From a virus, in IMG/VR virus record IMGVR_UViG_2509276021_000001, positions 422 through 64,421 of that record: DNA of 64,000 bases; one strand, written 5' to 3'. A program made the position numbers and the translations under genes. Shown piece after piece: positions 54,411-63,488 of this stretch (its first letter is position 1; each line of letters opens with the position of its first letter). The notes below the pieces were generated by a model. It was given only the letters and a program-made list of their open reading frames with translations. It had not been told where the DNA came from and made no database searches.

Positions 54411-56019
54411 TCGGGATCTGCAGGGCGATCGCTACCAGGTCTTTGCCGGCGGCCGACGCCTGTCTGCCGTGACGGAGCTGATCTTCGAAGGAAAGCTGCC
54501 GGCTGACTACGAGCTGCCGGCACTGGTCAAGGAGGTCGACGACAACAGCGCCGACGAGATGAGCTTGGCCGAGAACATCTTGCGCCGCGAGATGCGCCCA
54601 GTCGACGAGTTCAAGGCGTTCTCTCGCCTTGCTGACGAAGGGGTTGCGGCGGACGATATCGCCCTTCGCTTCGGCCAGAGCCTGCGTTTCGTGCAGGGGC
54701 GCATGGCTCTCGGCCGTCTTCACCCGGTCCTGCTGGAAATGCTCGACCTGAATGAGATCGATTTCAGGACGGCCAGCTCCTACACGCTGGAGCCGGATCC
54801 AGAACGTCAGCTCGAGATTTACAACAATCTTCCCGGCTGGCAGAAAACCTCCCAGTCCCACATCAAGGAAGCGATCGCCGGTACTGGCACCAAATCCAAC
54901 GGTGGGTTGGCCCAGTTCATCGGCGACACCCGCTATATCCTCGCTGGCGGCAAGGTCACCCACGATCTATTCGAGGATCACAGCTTTTGGATTAGCACAG
55001 ACATCGTCGAGAAGCTGAGGGCCGAGAGAATCGAAGAAACCAAACAGGAGCTTCTGGCTGAAGGCTGGGCATGGGTGAAGACGGCTGAAGAAGTGGGCAA
55101 TGACGTCTGGTATATGGAAACGCTTCGTCCGGAGGAGACGGGGTTGCCTGTCGAGCAAAAGGAGCGAATGGAGGAGGTGCAGGCGCAGATCGGGGAGTTC
55201 AATGAAGTCGACATCGACGAGCTTCCAGAAGATGAGCAGGAACGCTATCGCCTGCTCGAGGCGGAGTTGGCCGAGTTCACCAAGCTGGCAAAAGGCCAGC
55301 ACTCCGCTGAGCAGCGCGCCGGCTCTGGTGTCATCATCCGGACCGATCGAGATTACAGCCTCGATTACGGCAGGGTGTCGCCACGCCGCTCGAATTCCTC
55401 AAGCAGCTCCTCAGCTAAACCCGAAAAGGATCCTCTCGCTATCTCGGCGCCGACGTTGAGCGAACTCGGAAAGACGGCAACGACCGCGCTGGCCCAGGCG
55501 GTGGAAGCGCAGCCTGACAAGGCTCTCGCCATGTTGGCCGCGCTCCTCGAGCTAGGCCCCACATCGCCATGGCAGCAACACCGACCAGGACGCATCAGTG
55601 TTTCCGCGCCGGGGGTCACGGCCGGCGGCTACCAAGGCGCGACAGCGAAGCGCTCCTTCAGCGCAGCATTCGAGGAATACTCAGGGATGAAGCCGGTCGA
55701 TCTGAAGAAGGCGCTCGCCCGGCTCGTCGCTGGCGCTGTCGATATCAGTCAGGAATGGCTCTCATCGAACGCTGAAATGCGCAAGGCAACACTCGAAACC
55801 TTCGGTGTAGACCCCACCCCGCATTTTGACGTCGACAGCTTCTTCACCGCAGCCCGCAAGCCGATCATCGTGGCGGCCTATAAGGAGATGACCGGCACCG
55901 ACCTGAAGGACGGCAAGAAAGGCGACATGGTGGCGATCGCCGTCGACGCCGCGAAGAAGACGGGGTGGCTGCCCGAATATCTGCGCACGGCAATATACAC
56001 GCCGAAGAAGTCGAAATGA
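54256..56019 (+). CDS. Long ParB/RepB/Spo0J-like protein (mobile-element type)
   Basis: NNARK, SILAHGIIQPITV, AGGRRL, SLAENILR..MRPVDEFKAF; acidic coiled coil and extended C-terminus; no parA nearby. Confidence 0.9.
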   Translation: MEQLSLTADRLVLDPNNARKMRDKDSLVSLKASILAHGIIQPITVRPPAAADRDLQGDRYQVFAGGRRLSAVTELIFEGKLPADYELPALVKEVDDNSADEMSLAENILRREMRPVDEFKAFSRLADEGVAADDIALRFGQSLRFVQGRMALGRLHPVLLEMLDLNEIDFRTASSYTLEPDPERQLEIYNNLPGWQKTSQSHIKEAIAGTGTKSNGGLAQFIGDTRYILAGGKVTHDLFEDHSFWISTDIVEKLRAERIEETKQELLAEGWAWVKTAEEVGNDVWYMETLRPEETGLPVEQKERMEEVQAQIGEFNEVDIDELPEDEQERYRLLEAELAEFTKLAKGQHSAEQRAGSGVIIRTDRDYSLDYGRVSPRRSNSSSSSSAKPEKDPLAISAPTLSELGKTATTALAQAVEAQPDKALAMLAALLELGPTSPWQQHRPGRISVSAPGVTAGGYQGATAKRSFSAAFEEYSGMKPVDLKKALARLVAGAVDISQEWLSSNAEMRKATLETFGVDPTPHFDVDSFFTAARKPIIVAAYKEMTGTDLKDGKKGDMVAIAVDAAKKTGWLPEYLRTAIYTPKKSK

Positions 56020-56088
56020 GATGCGGCGCTTCGGCGCCGCTCTACTCCGAATCGTATATAGACAGGGACATAAACCGCCACCACAGAG

Positions 56089-56541
56089 GTGCCGACAGTG
56101 GCCGACGAAGAAAGCAATGATTTCCGCTCCTGGATGAAGTCCATGGGCTACAACGCGAAGCAGGTGTCTGTCGCTGGTGAGGTTCTCGGGATGTCACCGT
56201 CCCTCGCTGGACATTCCAGCCGTGGGCTTCGTGAGCTGACAAAGACCGAACGGCTGGCCATGGCAGCAGCTACGACGGGCATTCCGGAATGGTCTCCGGC
56301 CAACGAGCCTGAATTGATGGCTGTGCGAATGCTCTACACCATCTTAACTGACGAAATTCAACGGGTTGCCGTTGGATCCGATCCTGAGATGGAGGCCCTT
56401 CGAGCCATCCGAGCCGTCATTCGCTCTGAGGCTTATCGCCTTGCGACGGAGTCCCGGCTTGAGCCGTCTCCAGATCCGGAGACTGACAAGGCGATTCTGG
56501 ATGTTCTGCGCGCGGCGATGCGGGGTACCAGCGGGCATTAA
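56089..56541 (+). CDS. HTH-containing hypothetical protein
   Basis: DFRSWMKSMGY...AGEVLGMS...SRG N-terminal HTH-like segment; AGAGG RBS. Confidence 0.65.
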   Translation: MPTVADEESNDFRSWMKSMGYNAKQVSVAGEVLGMSPSLAGHSSRGLRELTKTERLAMAAATTGIPEWSPANEPELMAVRMLYTILTDEIQRVAVGSDPEMEALRAIRAVIRSEAYRLATESRLEPSPDPETDKAILDVLRAAMRGTSGH

Positions 56542-57238
56542 AATCCCGCATCGTCATCATGTGGAAGCGCACCGACAGATCGTCGAGCGCTTTCAGCAGC
56601 TTCAGGATGACACGGTCCCGCCGATCGGCGCGGACCTTCTCCCAAAGCCAGACGTCGTGAAAGACGACGTCTTCGACCATAGAGAACTCCGATTGCTCCA
56701 AGCCCGGCGTCTTATTGCTGCCGCGCAGGTAGCTGAGCCAGCGGATGCAGTCCATCTTATATTCGCCCGGCAGCCGGCCGGGCACGCCCCCACCGCTTGA
56801 ACCTTCCAGGTTCGCCGCCTTCAGACCCGAGATCTGTGCGCCCTCCCAGATGCTGCGCAGCCGCTGGCCGGCATTCAGCCGGCGATGGGCCGCGCCTGGT
56901 GCATCGTTCTTGCCCTGCAGCCATCCCTTGCTGAACAGGTATTCGAGCGGCGCGCTGTTGGTGATGATAGGCGTGGCGCGCTCCCGGCCGATGCTGGCGA
57001 TCTCCGCCTTGCGGCCATCCCGCCCGGCCATGGCGACGGGTGGCGAGACGGAATGCCTCGAGCCGATCTTCCATTCCTCCCATCCGTACGCCTTCGCCAT
57101 AGCCGCGTAGAATACAGCCCGCCGATGCTCGAAGTCGTCATCCCGGCCGTAGTGCGCGACCAGCGGCAGGACGCGCTTGCGGATCTGCGCCTTCTCCAGG
57201 CGCTTCGCTTCCAGCCGTTCCTTGAAGCTCTTCGTCAC
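56417..57238 (-). CDS. Putative late-gene transcription regulator
   Basis: Last gene of the minus-strand early/replication run; RLNAGQRLRSIW...GSSGGG motif; function inferred from position only. Confidence 0.5.
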   Translation of the reverse strand: MTKSFKERLEAKRLEKAQIRKRVLPLVAHYGRDDDFEHRRAVFYAAMAKAYGWEEWKIGSRHSVSPPVAMAGRDGRKAEIASIGRERATPIITNSAPLEYLFSKGWLQGKNDAPGAAHRRLNAGQRLRSIWEGAQISGLKAANLEGSSGGGVPGRLPGEYKMDCIRWLSYLRGSNKTPGLEQSEFSMVEDVVFHDVWLWEKVRADRRDRVILKLLKALDDLSVRFHMMTMRDFNARWYPASPRAEHPESPCQSPDLETAQAGTPSQGDKPQSE

Positions 57239-57558
57239 ATGCGCCTCCGGAGGGGGCCGGGCTTGCCCGTCGCGCCGATCGGCAGAATAGAAAACGGCAC
57301 ACGATCGAGCATCCCGTCGTCGATAGGCTCACCTTGATCGAGCCGAATTTCTTCCAGTTCCTTCAGCTTTTCCTTCCGCTCCTGATCGGTCATGTGCGAC
57401 CGGCCGGAATATTCGCTGCGGTGGATGATCCCAGCCACCTGCTTGGTGCGCAGGCTGAGAGCGAGCGCGATCGCCCTCTCTGGATATCCGATCAGCCAGA
57501 GCACATAGGCGACATATTTCACCCGGTCGCCGTGGTGGCTACGAATCTTCGTTCTCAA
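57235..57558 (-). CDS. Small HTH-like protein
   Basis: LWLIGYPERAIALAL...QVAGII; GTGA/ATGA-type coupling to both neighbours. Confidence 0.65.
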   Translation of the reverse strand: MRTKIRSHHGDRVKYVAYVLWLIGYPERAIALALSLRTKQVAGIIHRSEYSGRSHMTDQERKEKLKELEEIRLDQGEPIDDGMLDRVPFSILPIGATGKPGPLRRRM

Positions 57559-59804
57559 AATGGCACCTCTACTTCCCCCCGCCGGAAGGCATCGATTTCA
57601 GGATCATCAGTCTCGTTGAAGATTTCCGCTTGGCGCTGCGGATCCGCGACCTTCTTCGGGAAAGTCCGGGCGAAACCACGGATCGGTTTGCCTGTCCACC
57701 ACATAAACGGGGTGTCATAGCCCATGATCCCGTACTTCTGCAGACCGTCGCGAGCGGCAGCGACCGACTTGCGGACGCGCTCGCGGGCCTTCTTCTTGTC
57801 CGACTCCTCGACCATCTTCGAAACGACGAGGTCGGCATAATCGGAATAGCTGACGATGGTCTTTCCGAGCGCTGCAGGTGGTCCGTCCATCCGATCGGCG
57901 ACGAGCTTGCCGTGCTTGTCCATTGCCTCGAAGAAGTTGATGAGGAACCGGCGTTCGGATGGGTTGACCGAGAAGCCCTCGGCCTGCTGCAACTTCTTCA
58001 GCCGCTCCTTCTCGTTTACCGACAGCACCACGCATGAGGTGATATCGCGCTCATTCACGTCGTCGTAACCGACGATGACCTGGGCGAGAGAGAAATCGAT
58101 CTTCACCCCATCCTCGTCATCTTTCTGCTTGGAGAGCACCAGCGTCCGGACCTTGGTGACTTCGTCGTTGGTGACGGTGAGGACCTGGTCGACGTCGGCA
58201 TAGAGCGAGGTATGGCCACGTAACTTTTTGCCGTCAGCATTGAGGTGGTGAACGATCATGACGTGAGAACCGCATTCGCTGGCGATCCGGTCGACGTTCT
58301 CCATGATGATCGAGATATCCTTGCCGCTGTTTTCATCGGCGCCGGCGGTGGCTTTCGAGAAGGTGTCGATGACGACGAGGCGCAGCGGCTGGCTCATCAC
58401 CAGTTTCCAGGCATTGATCTCGTCGATCAGCTTCTGCGTGTCACCATCCTTCGAGAACAGGTCGACGCGCGAGGGCATCAGGTAGAACGGCACCTCTTCG
58501 GATTCCGGCACCGTGAAATGTGTGCGGTAGGCTTTCGCCCGCTTCTTCAGACCGCGCGATCCCTCGCCCACCTGATAGATCACGCCGCCCTGCTGGACTG
58601 GCCGGCCGAGGAACTCCTGCCCACGGGCGACGCACATGGCGAGGTGCAGGGTGAGAAAGGTCTTCCCGGATCCGGACGGTCCGGCGACAACAGAGCGATC
58701 GCCGACAGTCAGCATGCCGTGGACTAGATATTCGAGGTCCTGCCCGGGCTGGTCCAGGTCGCGCCACGACATGACGCCGAACTGCGAACGTGGCGGCTCC
58801 GGCGACCAGGCCGGCGCTTTCTCAAGAAGGGCGCTCAGCCGATCGGCACTGCCGCCGCCCCTCTCCTTCCAGTCGGTGATATCCTCCTTCGGACCGCATT
58901 CCGGCCAGTGCATCGCGATGTCGAGCACCCGCACGCTGAAGGCCTTGCCACGGAGGGTGGCCGCTCGCGCCTGTGCACGGTTCCGGCCGGTATCGTCGTT
59001 GTCGTTGCAGACCACGACATCGAGGCCGGCGAACTCGTCGTCGAATTCAGGCTCCCAGTATTTGGCGCCGCCGACGTTTGTGGTGCCGACGAATCCCCAG
59101 TCGGTCACAGTGTCGGCGTCCTTCTCCCCTTCCATGAGGAGAACGGTACCGCCGCCTGCCTTTTTCATCCTGCGGATCTCGGCAAGATTGTAGAGGAACC
59201 GACGCGCGTCGGGGAACTCTTCCTCCTCCTCGTATTTCCGGTCTTCCTTGACCTTCCACCAATTGGCGATCTCGCCCTTCTTGACCTTCGATCTTCCGTA
59301 ACGTCCGGCCTGCAGGCCCCACACCCACCCGCCCTTCGGATACGGGCGGCGCTGCATAAAGCGGCGCGGCGCCGACTTCGGGAACTTCAGAACCTGGTAG
59401 GCGAGCTTGCCGGCATCGTCAAAATATTCATAGAAGGCGATCGGCTTGGGATCCATGAAGTCGGGGAAGCCGCCCGGCACGTCGACGGGAGCATGCTGCT
59501 TGGCGACAGGATTCTCCCGGCTCTCCAGATATCCGTTGTCGACGAGCCACTCGACTGCCTCGCCCTTGCTCAACCCCTTAAAGGCGCGGAGCAGATCGAG
59601 GACGCCGCCGCCCATCTGATCTTCGTGATCGTACCAGTTAGATTTTTCCAGATCGACCGAGATCGAGCCGTTCTTTCCCCAGCGTAGCTCGGAGCGCGTC
59701 GACAGATGTTTATTAGGATCACCTATCGTTTCTCCGAGGATCCGGCGAGCGACCGGCTCCATGATGGCTGCGAATTCTGCATTATCAGTCACGGTCCGCA
59801 CCAC
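57555..59804 (-). CDS. Primase-helicase (TOPRIM plus AAA_25/RepA-like SF4 helicase)
   Basis: LMEGEKDAD and NDNDDTG (TOPRIM); GPSGSGKT, VVIDTF, MIVHH, RGHTSL (helicase). Confidence 0.93.
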   Translation of the reverse strand: MVRTVTDNAEFAAIMEPVARRILGETIGDPNKHLSTRSELRWGKNGSISVDLEKSNWYDHEDQMGGGVLDLLRAFKGLSKGEAVEWLVDNGYLESRENPVAKQHAPVDVPGGFPDFMDPKPIAFYEYFDDAGKLAYQVLKFPKSAPRRFMQRRPYPKGGWVWGLQAGRYGRSKVKKGEIANWWKVKEDRKYEEEEEFPDARRFLYNLAEIRRMKKAGGGTVLLMEGEKDADTVTDWGFVGTTNVGGAKYWEPEFDDEFAGLDVVVCNDNDDTGRNRAQARAATLRGKAFSVRVLDIAMHWPECGPKEDITDWKERGGGSADRLSALLEKAPAWSPEPPRSQFGVMSWRDLDQPGQDLEYLVHGMLTVGDRSVVAGPSGSGKTFLTLHLAMCVARGQEFLGRPVQQGGVIYQVGEGSRGLKKRAKAYRTHFTVPESEEVPFYLMPSRVDLFSKDGDTQKLIDEINAWKLVMSQPLRLVVIDTFSKATAGADENSGKDISIIMENVDRIASECGSHVMIVHHLNADGKKLRGHTSLYADVDQVLTVTNDEVTKVRTLVLSKQKDDEDGVKIDFSLAQVIVGYDDVNERDITSCVVLSVNEKERLKKLQQAEGFSVNPSERRFLINFFEAMDKHGKLVADRMDGPPAALGKTIVSYSDYADLVVSKMVEESDKKKARERVRKSVAAARDGLQKYGIMGYDTPFMWWTGKPIRGFARTFPKKVADPQRQAEIFNETDDPEIDAFRRGEVEVPF

Positions 59805-60102
59805 TCCCGACCCTGCGAACTTCGATCACTTTGCCGCCCTTGCGAAACAGGCGCTCGGCCTTCTCCCGCCGTGCAACGAAGATGGAGCTGCCGCCGATTT
59901 CGCCGGAGCTGACCAGGTGGCCGTTGAAATATGCGAGGACATGCCGAAGAGCCGCGGTGGTCGCGGTCAGCTCGTCCTTGAACCATTCCGGATCGCCACC
60001 CTTGTTCAGCAGGGGCTTTGCCTCGGCATCACGCGCGAAGCGAAGCATCGCGCGATATCCGCCGCCACGGATTGGGTGCGCATAGGCATCAAACTGGTTC
60101 AT
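59785..60102 (-). CDS. Hypothetical protein
   Basis: Coupled to neighbours; GYRAMLRFARD motif. Confidence 0.65.
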   Translation of the reverse strand: MNQFDAYAHPIRGGGYRAMLRFARDAEAKPLLNKGGDPEWFKDELTATTAALRHVLAYFNGHLVSSGEIGGSSIFVARREKAERLFRKGGKVIEVRRVGSGADRD

Positions 60103-60755
60103 GCTTGAAGCCTCTCAAGGCGATAGCCTTCGCCCCGTGAAGCCTTGATGGTCCAGCCGTGGGGCTTCAAAACGTCCCGCCTCATCAGGGACACGTTGTT
60201 GTGCACGATGCCATCGGCATCATCAGGCCCACCGTCGGGGTGGTCTTCGAATAGCTTTCCGACGATCCGTTCCATCGGGACGAACGCACCGGGCGCTCTC
60301 ACCAGCACTTCCAGAACGATGCGGTAGCGCTTTCGCATGTCCAGCTTCAGCAGATCCTCCATGGCGAGTGCTTCATTGAGGCTCTCGACCTGGGTGTCGT
60401 TCGTGCTGACAGCCTGCCGAGGAGCGGCGTCCGCACCCGCCCGGTAGATCTTCCAGGCCTCCAGCATCTTGACGACGGTCGGCTCGGAGACGCCGAGCGA
60501 TTTTGCGAGCGTCGCGGTATCCCACTTCTCCTTCGCGCGCAGCAGCAGCACGGCGCCGACAATGGCGTCGAGGTCGCCGTCAGATACCGGCATGCTCTTT
60601 TCGCGTCCGCAGACCGCCGCGAAACCCATGTCGAACAACTGGCCGGCCCACATGCTGGAAGCGATCTTCCGCTCCTGAGCCTGCCGATCGAGCGTGGCTT
60701 TGGCACGCTCGGAAACCGTGATCTGGATCGTCACCATCTTCGATCGGAAGGTCAT
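60099..60755 (-). CDS. DNA-binding protein with C-terminal OmpR-type winged helix
   Basis: IVLEVLVRAPG..V..E.IV..L...DGGPD...V...MRR..L...G..I....GEGYRL; N-terminal RHH-like segment; no receiver domain. Confidence 0.75.
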   Translation of the reverse strand: MTFRSKMVTIQITVSERAKATLDRQAQERKIASSMWAGQLFDMGFAAVCGREKSMPVSDGDLDAIVGAVLLLRAKEKWDTATLAKSLGVSEPTVVKMLEAWKIYRAGADAAPRQAVSTNDTQVESLNEALAMEDLLKLDMRKRYRIVLEVLVRAPGAFVPMERIVGKLFEDHPDGGPDDADGIVHNNVSLMRRDVLKPHGWTIKASRGEGYRLERLQA

Positions 60756-61078
60756 GCCTTCACCTCGCGCTCATCGAGGATTCCGAGGGCCATCGAAAAC
60801 ATGATGACTGCCGCCGCCAGCTTCCTGCCGGATTCTCTATCGTCCTTGATCGAAGGGTCGCTTGAGAATGCCTTGCATGCCGTCTCGATCACGCTGTCCA
60901 TCGTGAAGGTGCAGTCGGCTTCCACAGGGCGATTCGGGAATTGCTGGGTGACGGCCGGCCGCACAAGGCAGATCGACCAGCGACCGTCGCCATGCTCAAT
61001 CAGTATTCTTGACAGGCCTGGCTCCGCAAAGATGGGCAAGCCGAATTTGCATTCTCCGGACGCTCGGTTCTTATCCAT
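60752..61078 (-). CDS. Hypothetical protein
   Basis: ATG 61078 after AGGA; overlaps the MTase stop. Confidence 0.6.
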   Translation of the reverse strand: MDKNRASGECKFGLPIFAEPGLSRILIEHGDGRWSICLVRPAVTQQFPNRPVEADCTFTMDSVIETACKAFSSDPSIKDDRESGRKLAAAVIMFSMALGILDEREVKA

Positions 61079-61658
61079 TGAATTTTCCTTTCTCGTCTCC
61101 CCACGTTTCCCAACCTGCGCGATCGGTACGGCTGAACAGCTCGAGGCGTCGGCGGGCATGGGGCATAAGCTTCTCGGCCACAGCGAAACCCTCTTCCGGC
61201 TTGCGAGAATGCTCGCGCGCGCGGCCGAAGAAGACTGACCGGATAGACCTGCTGGTTTTCGGATTGCCGCGCGTTCCGATAAGGACCGGCTCGGAAGCGG
61301 AGCGCAAAATATAGCCGGTACCGAAGGCAAGCTTCCCGTGAACCGTGGTCTTTATCCACGTGCCGGCAGTCTTGAACTGAAATCCCCAGGCCTTCATCGT
61401 GTCGATCTGCTGATCGAGCATGGGGTTAGTCCCATACATCCACAGCAGCGTGTCCGGAGCGGCCAACTCTGCTACGGGGAATGCTTTGATCTCAGCGAGC
61501 GGCAGGCACCGATAGTGCGCCTTTGCATTCTTCCTCTCGCCCTTGCCCGACCAGTTGGAAAAGTCCCATGGAGGATCAGCCATGATCAGGTCGTAGGCCG
61601 CTGGCTCCAAGCCGGGGAACTGCCAGTTCACGCCGTAATGTGAAAAGAGAGTGTTCAT
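61071..61658 (-). CDS. MT-A70-family adenine methyltransferase
   Basis: IMADPPW, LWMYGT, WGFQFKT..WIK, GTGY.LRSASE, REHSRKPE, LELFSR, WGDE. Confidence 0.93.
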   Translation of the reverse strand: MNTLFSHYGVNWQFPGLEPAAYDLIMADPPWDFSNWSGKGERKNAKAHYRCLPLAEIKAFPVAELAAPDTLLWMYGTNPMLDQQIDTMKAWGFQFKTAGTWIKTTVHGKLAFGTGYILRSASEPVLIGTRGNPKTSRSIRSVFFGRAREHSRKPEEGFAVAEKLMPHARRRLELFSRTDRAGWETWGDEKGKFNG

Positions 61659-61661
61659 CGA

Positions 61662-61793
61662 TCACGGCACCCTGTGAAAGGTGGGGTGGCTGCCGCTCAA
61701 GTGTTTGCTGGCGTGCTGGAAAAGTCCGTAAAAGCCGAGGCCCAGGAACGTCGTCATAAGCACAGTCAGTAGAACGGTCGTGCAATAGCGCAT
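61662..61793 (-). CDS. 43-aa single-TM peptide (absent from the ORF track)
   Basis: GGAG RBS; MRYCTTVLLTVLMTTFLGLGFYGLFQHASKH... Confidence 0.55.
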   Translation of the reverse strand: MRYCTTVLLTVLMTTFLGLGFYGLFQHASKHLSGSHPTFHRVP

Positions 61794-61804
61794 GGCGGTC
61801 TCCA

Positions 61805-62398
61805 TCAGAAAGGCACTTTTCTGGAAGCTGCTTTTAGGAACAGATCGTCGATGGGCTGGGCCAACTTCGGCGCCAGCTTTGCTTCAGCCCACGACCAGAT
61901 CGCGAGCGCGTCCGAGCGGTCGTGCGATAGATCTTCATCGCCGGCTTCGATCCAGCCGAGCGCCATGCACTTCCTGAAAACGATCGGCTTTGCGTCCTCG
62001 CCCTTCATCCCGCCGTTGCCGATGAAGTGCTTGCGGACCGTCGACGGGGTCGCATATTCCCACTCGTAGACACCAAGCCCGTAAGCCATGCCGCGCACCG
62101 CGGCCGGCAGCCCGTAGAGGATTTCAAACGCCGCAGTGGAGGTCTGGCCCTGCTTTGACGATGGAGCGATCGGCATCTCGCAAACGATGTTCGTCGGCTG
62201 ATACTCCTGGATCGCCCAGGAGATGAAGCGCATGGCGTTCCAGAACTTGGCGCCATTCGAGATCGGGCCGCCCTTCGGCGCGCTGCCATCCCGGGTGAAA
62301 TAGCGAGAGCCGGATATCGGTCTGGTGCCGGCTGCACCGAAACCCCAGCCGAAACGGGAGGCGAGATCGAGCGTCAGAATACGTGGAGCGTTGGACAT
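61805..62398 (-). CDS. RuvC-like Holliday junction resolvase
   Basis: ILTLDLASRFGWG, VCE, TVRKHFIG, HDRSDALAIW acidic catalytic positions. Confidence 0.85.
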   Translation of the reverse strand: MSNAPRILTLDLASRFGWGFGAAGTRPISGSRYFTRDGSAPKGGPISNGAKFWNAMRFISWAIQEYQPTNIVCEMPIAPSSKQGQTSTAAFEILYGLPAAVRGMAYGLGVYEWEYATPSTVRKHFIGNGGMKGEDAKPIVFRKCMALGWIEAGDEDLSHDRSDALAIWSWAEAKLAPKLAQPIDDLFLKAASRKVPF

Positions 62399-62539
62399 CG
62401 CTGGCTTCTTTTTTCGGTGGAAGCGATCGCTTTAGGAAGCCCGACCCGCTGACTAGTTCGGGTCGGGCTCCGACATGCCGAGGTTGCGCGAAGGCATGTC
62501 GCCGGCGCTCAGGAGAGGGCGCCGTCCAATCTTGGGATT

Positions 62540-63016
62540 TTAGTGAACTTTGGCAGCAGCCTTTTCGGCGGCCGGTGCAGCCGCCTCCCAAGCGCTCTGC
62601 TCATCTTCGGTCATGTCGGTCTTCACGGCATCAACGATCGCAGCCGTGCGATCGTCATCGGAGGTATCTTCTCGCTCGACGGCCGCGGCACCGAGGGGAA
62701 GATCGGCGAAGTCGCCAAGGGCCTCGCGGATATCTTTGAAGACCTGCTGAGCATCATCCTCGAGCGCTTCCATGATGCTCTCGGCTTTGCGCTCCAGGTC
62801 GCGCGCCTTGACGACGGCCTTCAGCACATTTTTCGGCAGGCCCTGCGACTTCGCATCATCGGCCAGATCAGCCTGCTCTTTGCGGATGCGCCGGCAGCGC
62901 TCCATGTAGCTCATCTTCTCGCGAAGGATTTCCTTCTCGAGTTCCTCGAACTTGTCGATGAAGGACGCCATCTCGCTCGGATTTGCGCGGTTCCTGCCTT
63001 CAAGTACCCTTGCCAT
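62540..63016 (-). CDS. GapR/DUF2312-like nucleoid-associated protein
   Basis: FIDKFEELEKE...ADDAKSQGLPKNVLKAVVKAR pattern plus acidic tail; start moved to 63016. Confidence 0.65.
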   Translation of the reverse strand: MARVLEGRNRANPSEMASFIDKFEELEKEILREKMSYMERCRRIRKEQADLADDAKSQGLPKNVLKAVVKARDLERKAESIMEALEDDAQQVFKDIREALGDFADLPLGAAAVEREDTSDDDRTAAIVDAVKTDMTEDEQSAWEAAAPAAEKAAAKVH

Positions 63017-63026
63017 CGTCAGCTCC

Positions 63027-63488
63027 TCAGTGCCCATGCGGTGAGTAGGCCAGCCGGGTATGGCTGGCGCAGTAGAGATTGGATGCGGCGCCGCCGCAGA
63101 AGATCGGCTCGTGGCCATTGAAGCCGTTCACCGGCCAATGGCACTGGCGAGCACCGAGGTTCTCGAGAGAGACGGGCGTGACACCCTCGATAGGGTCGAA
63201 GGCGCGTCTCTTGGCGATGGGTCCAAGGGCAATGATGTCGGGAGCCGGCTTTTTCTTCTCCCGATCCACCTTGGGAGCGACGCCGACGACAGGCTTCTTC
63301 GCCGGACTGCGCTGTCCTTTACCGAGGACAATATCGTTCCGCGTGCAGTAGCCGATTATCGCGTTCCTGGTGACACCTCTGAACCTGTTCGCGATCACAG
63401 TTGCCGACAAACCGCTGGCGGCCAAAGGGCGGATGGCGGCAACACGCTGTTGCTTATCGAGGCTCGACCATTCGGGATAAGCGTTCAT
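63027..63488 (-). CDS. gcrA: GcrA-family regulator
   Basis: GLSATVIA..F.GVTRNAIIG and LENL...QCHWP...FCG...YCASH...AY. Confidence 0.88.
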   Translation of the reverse strand: MNAYPEWSSLDKQQRVAAIRPLAASGLSATVIANRFRGVTRNAIIGYCTRNDIVLGKGQRSPAKKPVVGVAPKVDREKKKPAPDIIALGPIAKRRAFDPIEGVTPVSLENLGARQCHWPVNGFNGHEPIFCGGAASNLYCASHTRLAYSPHGH

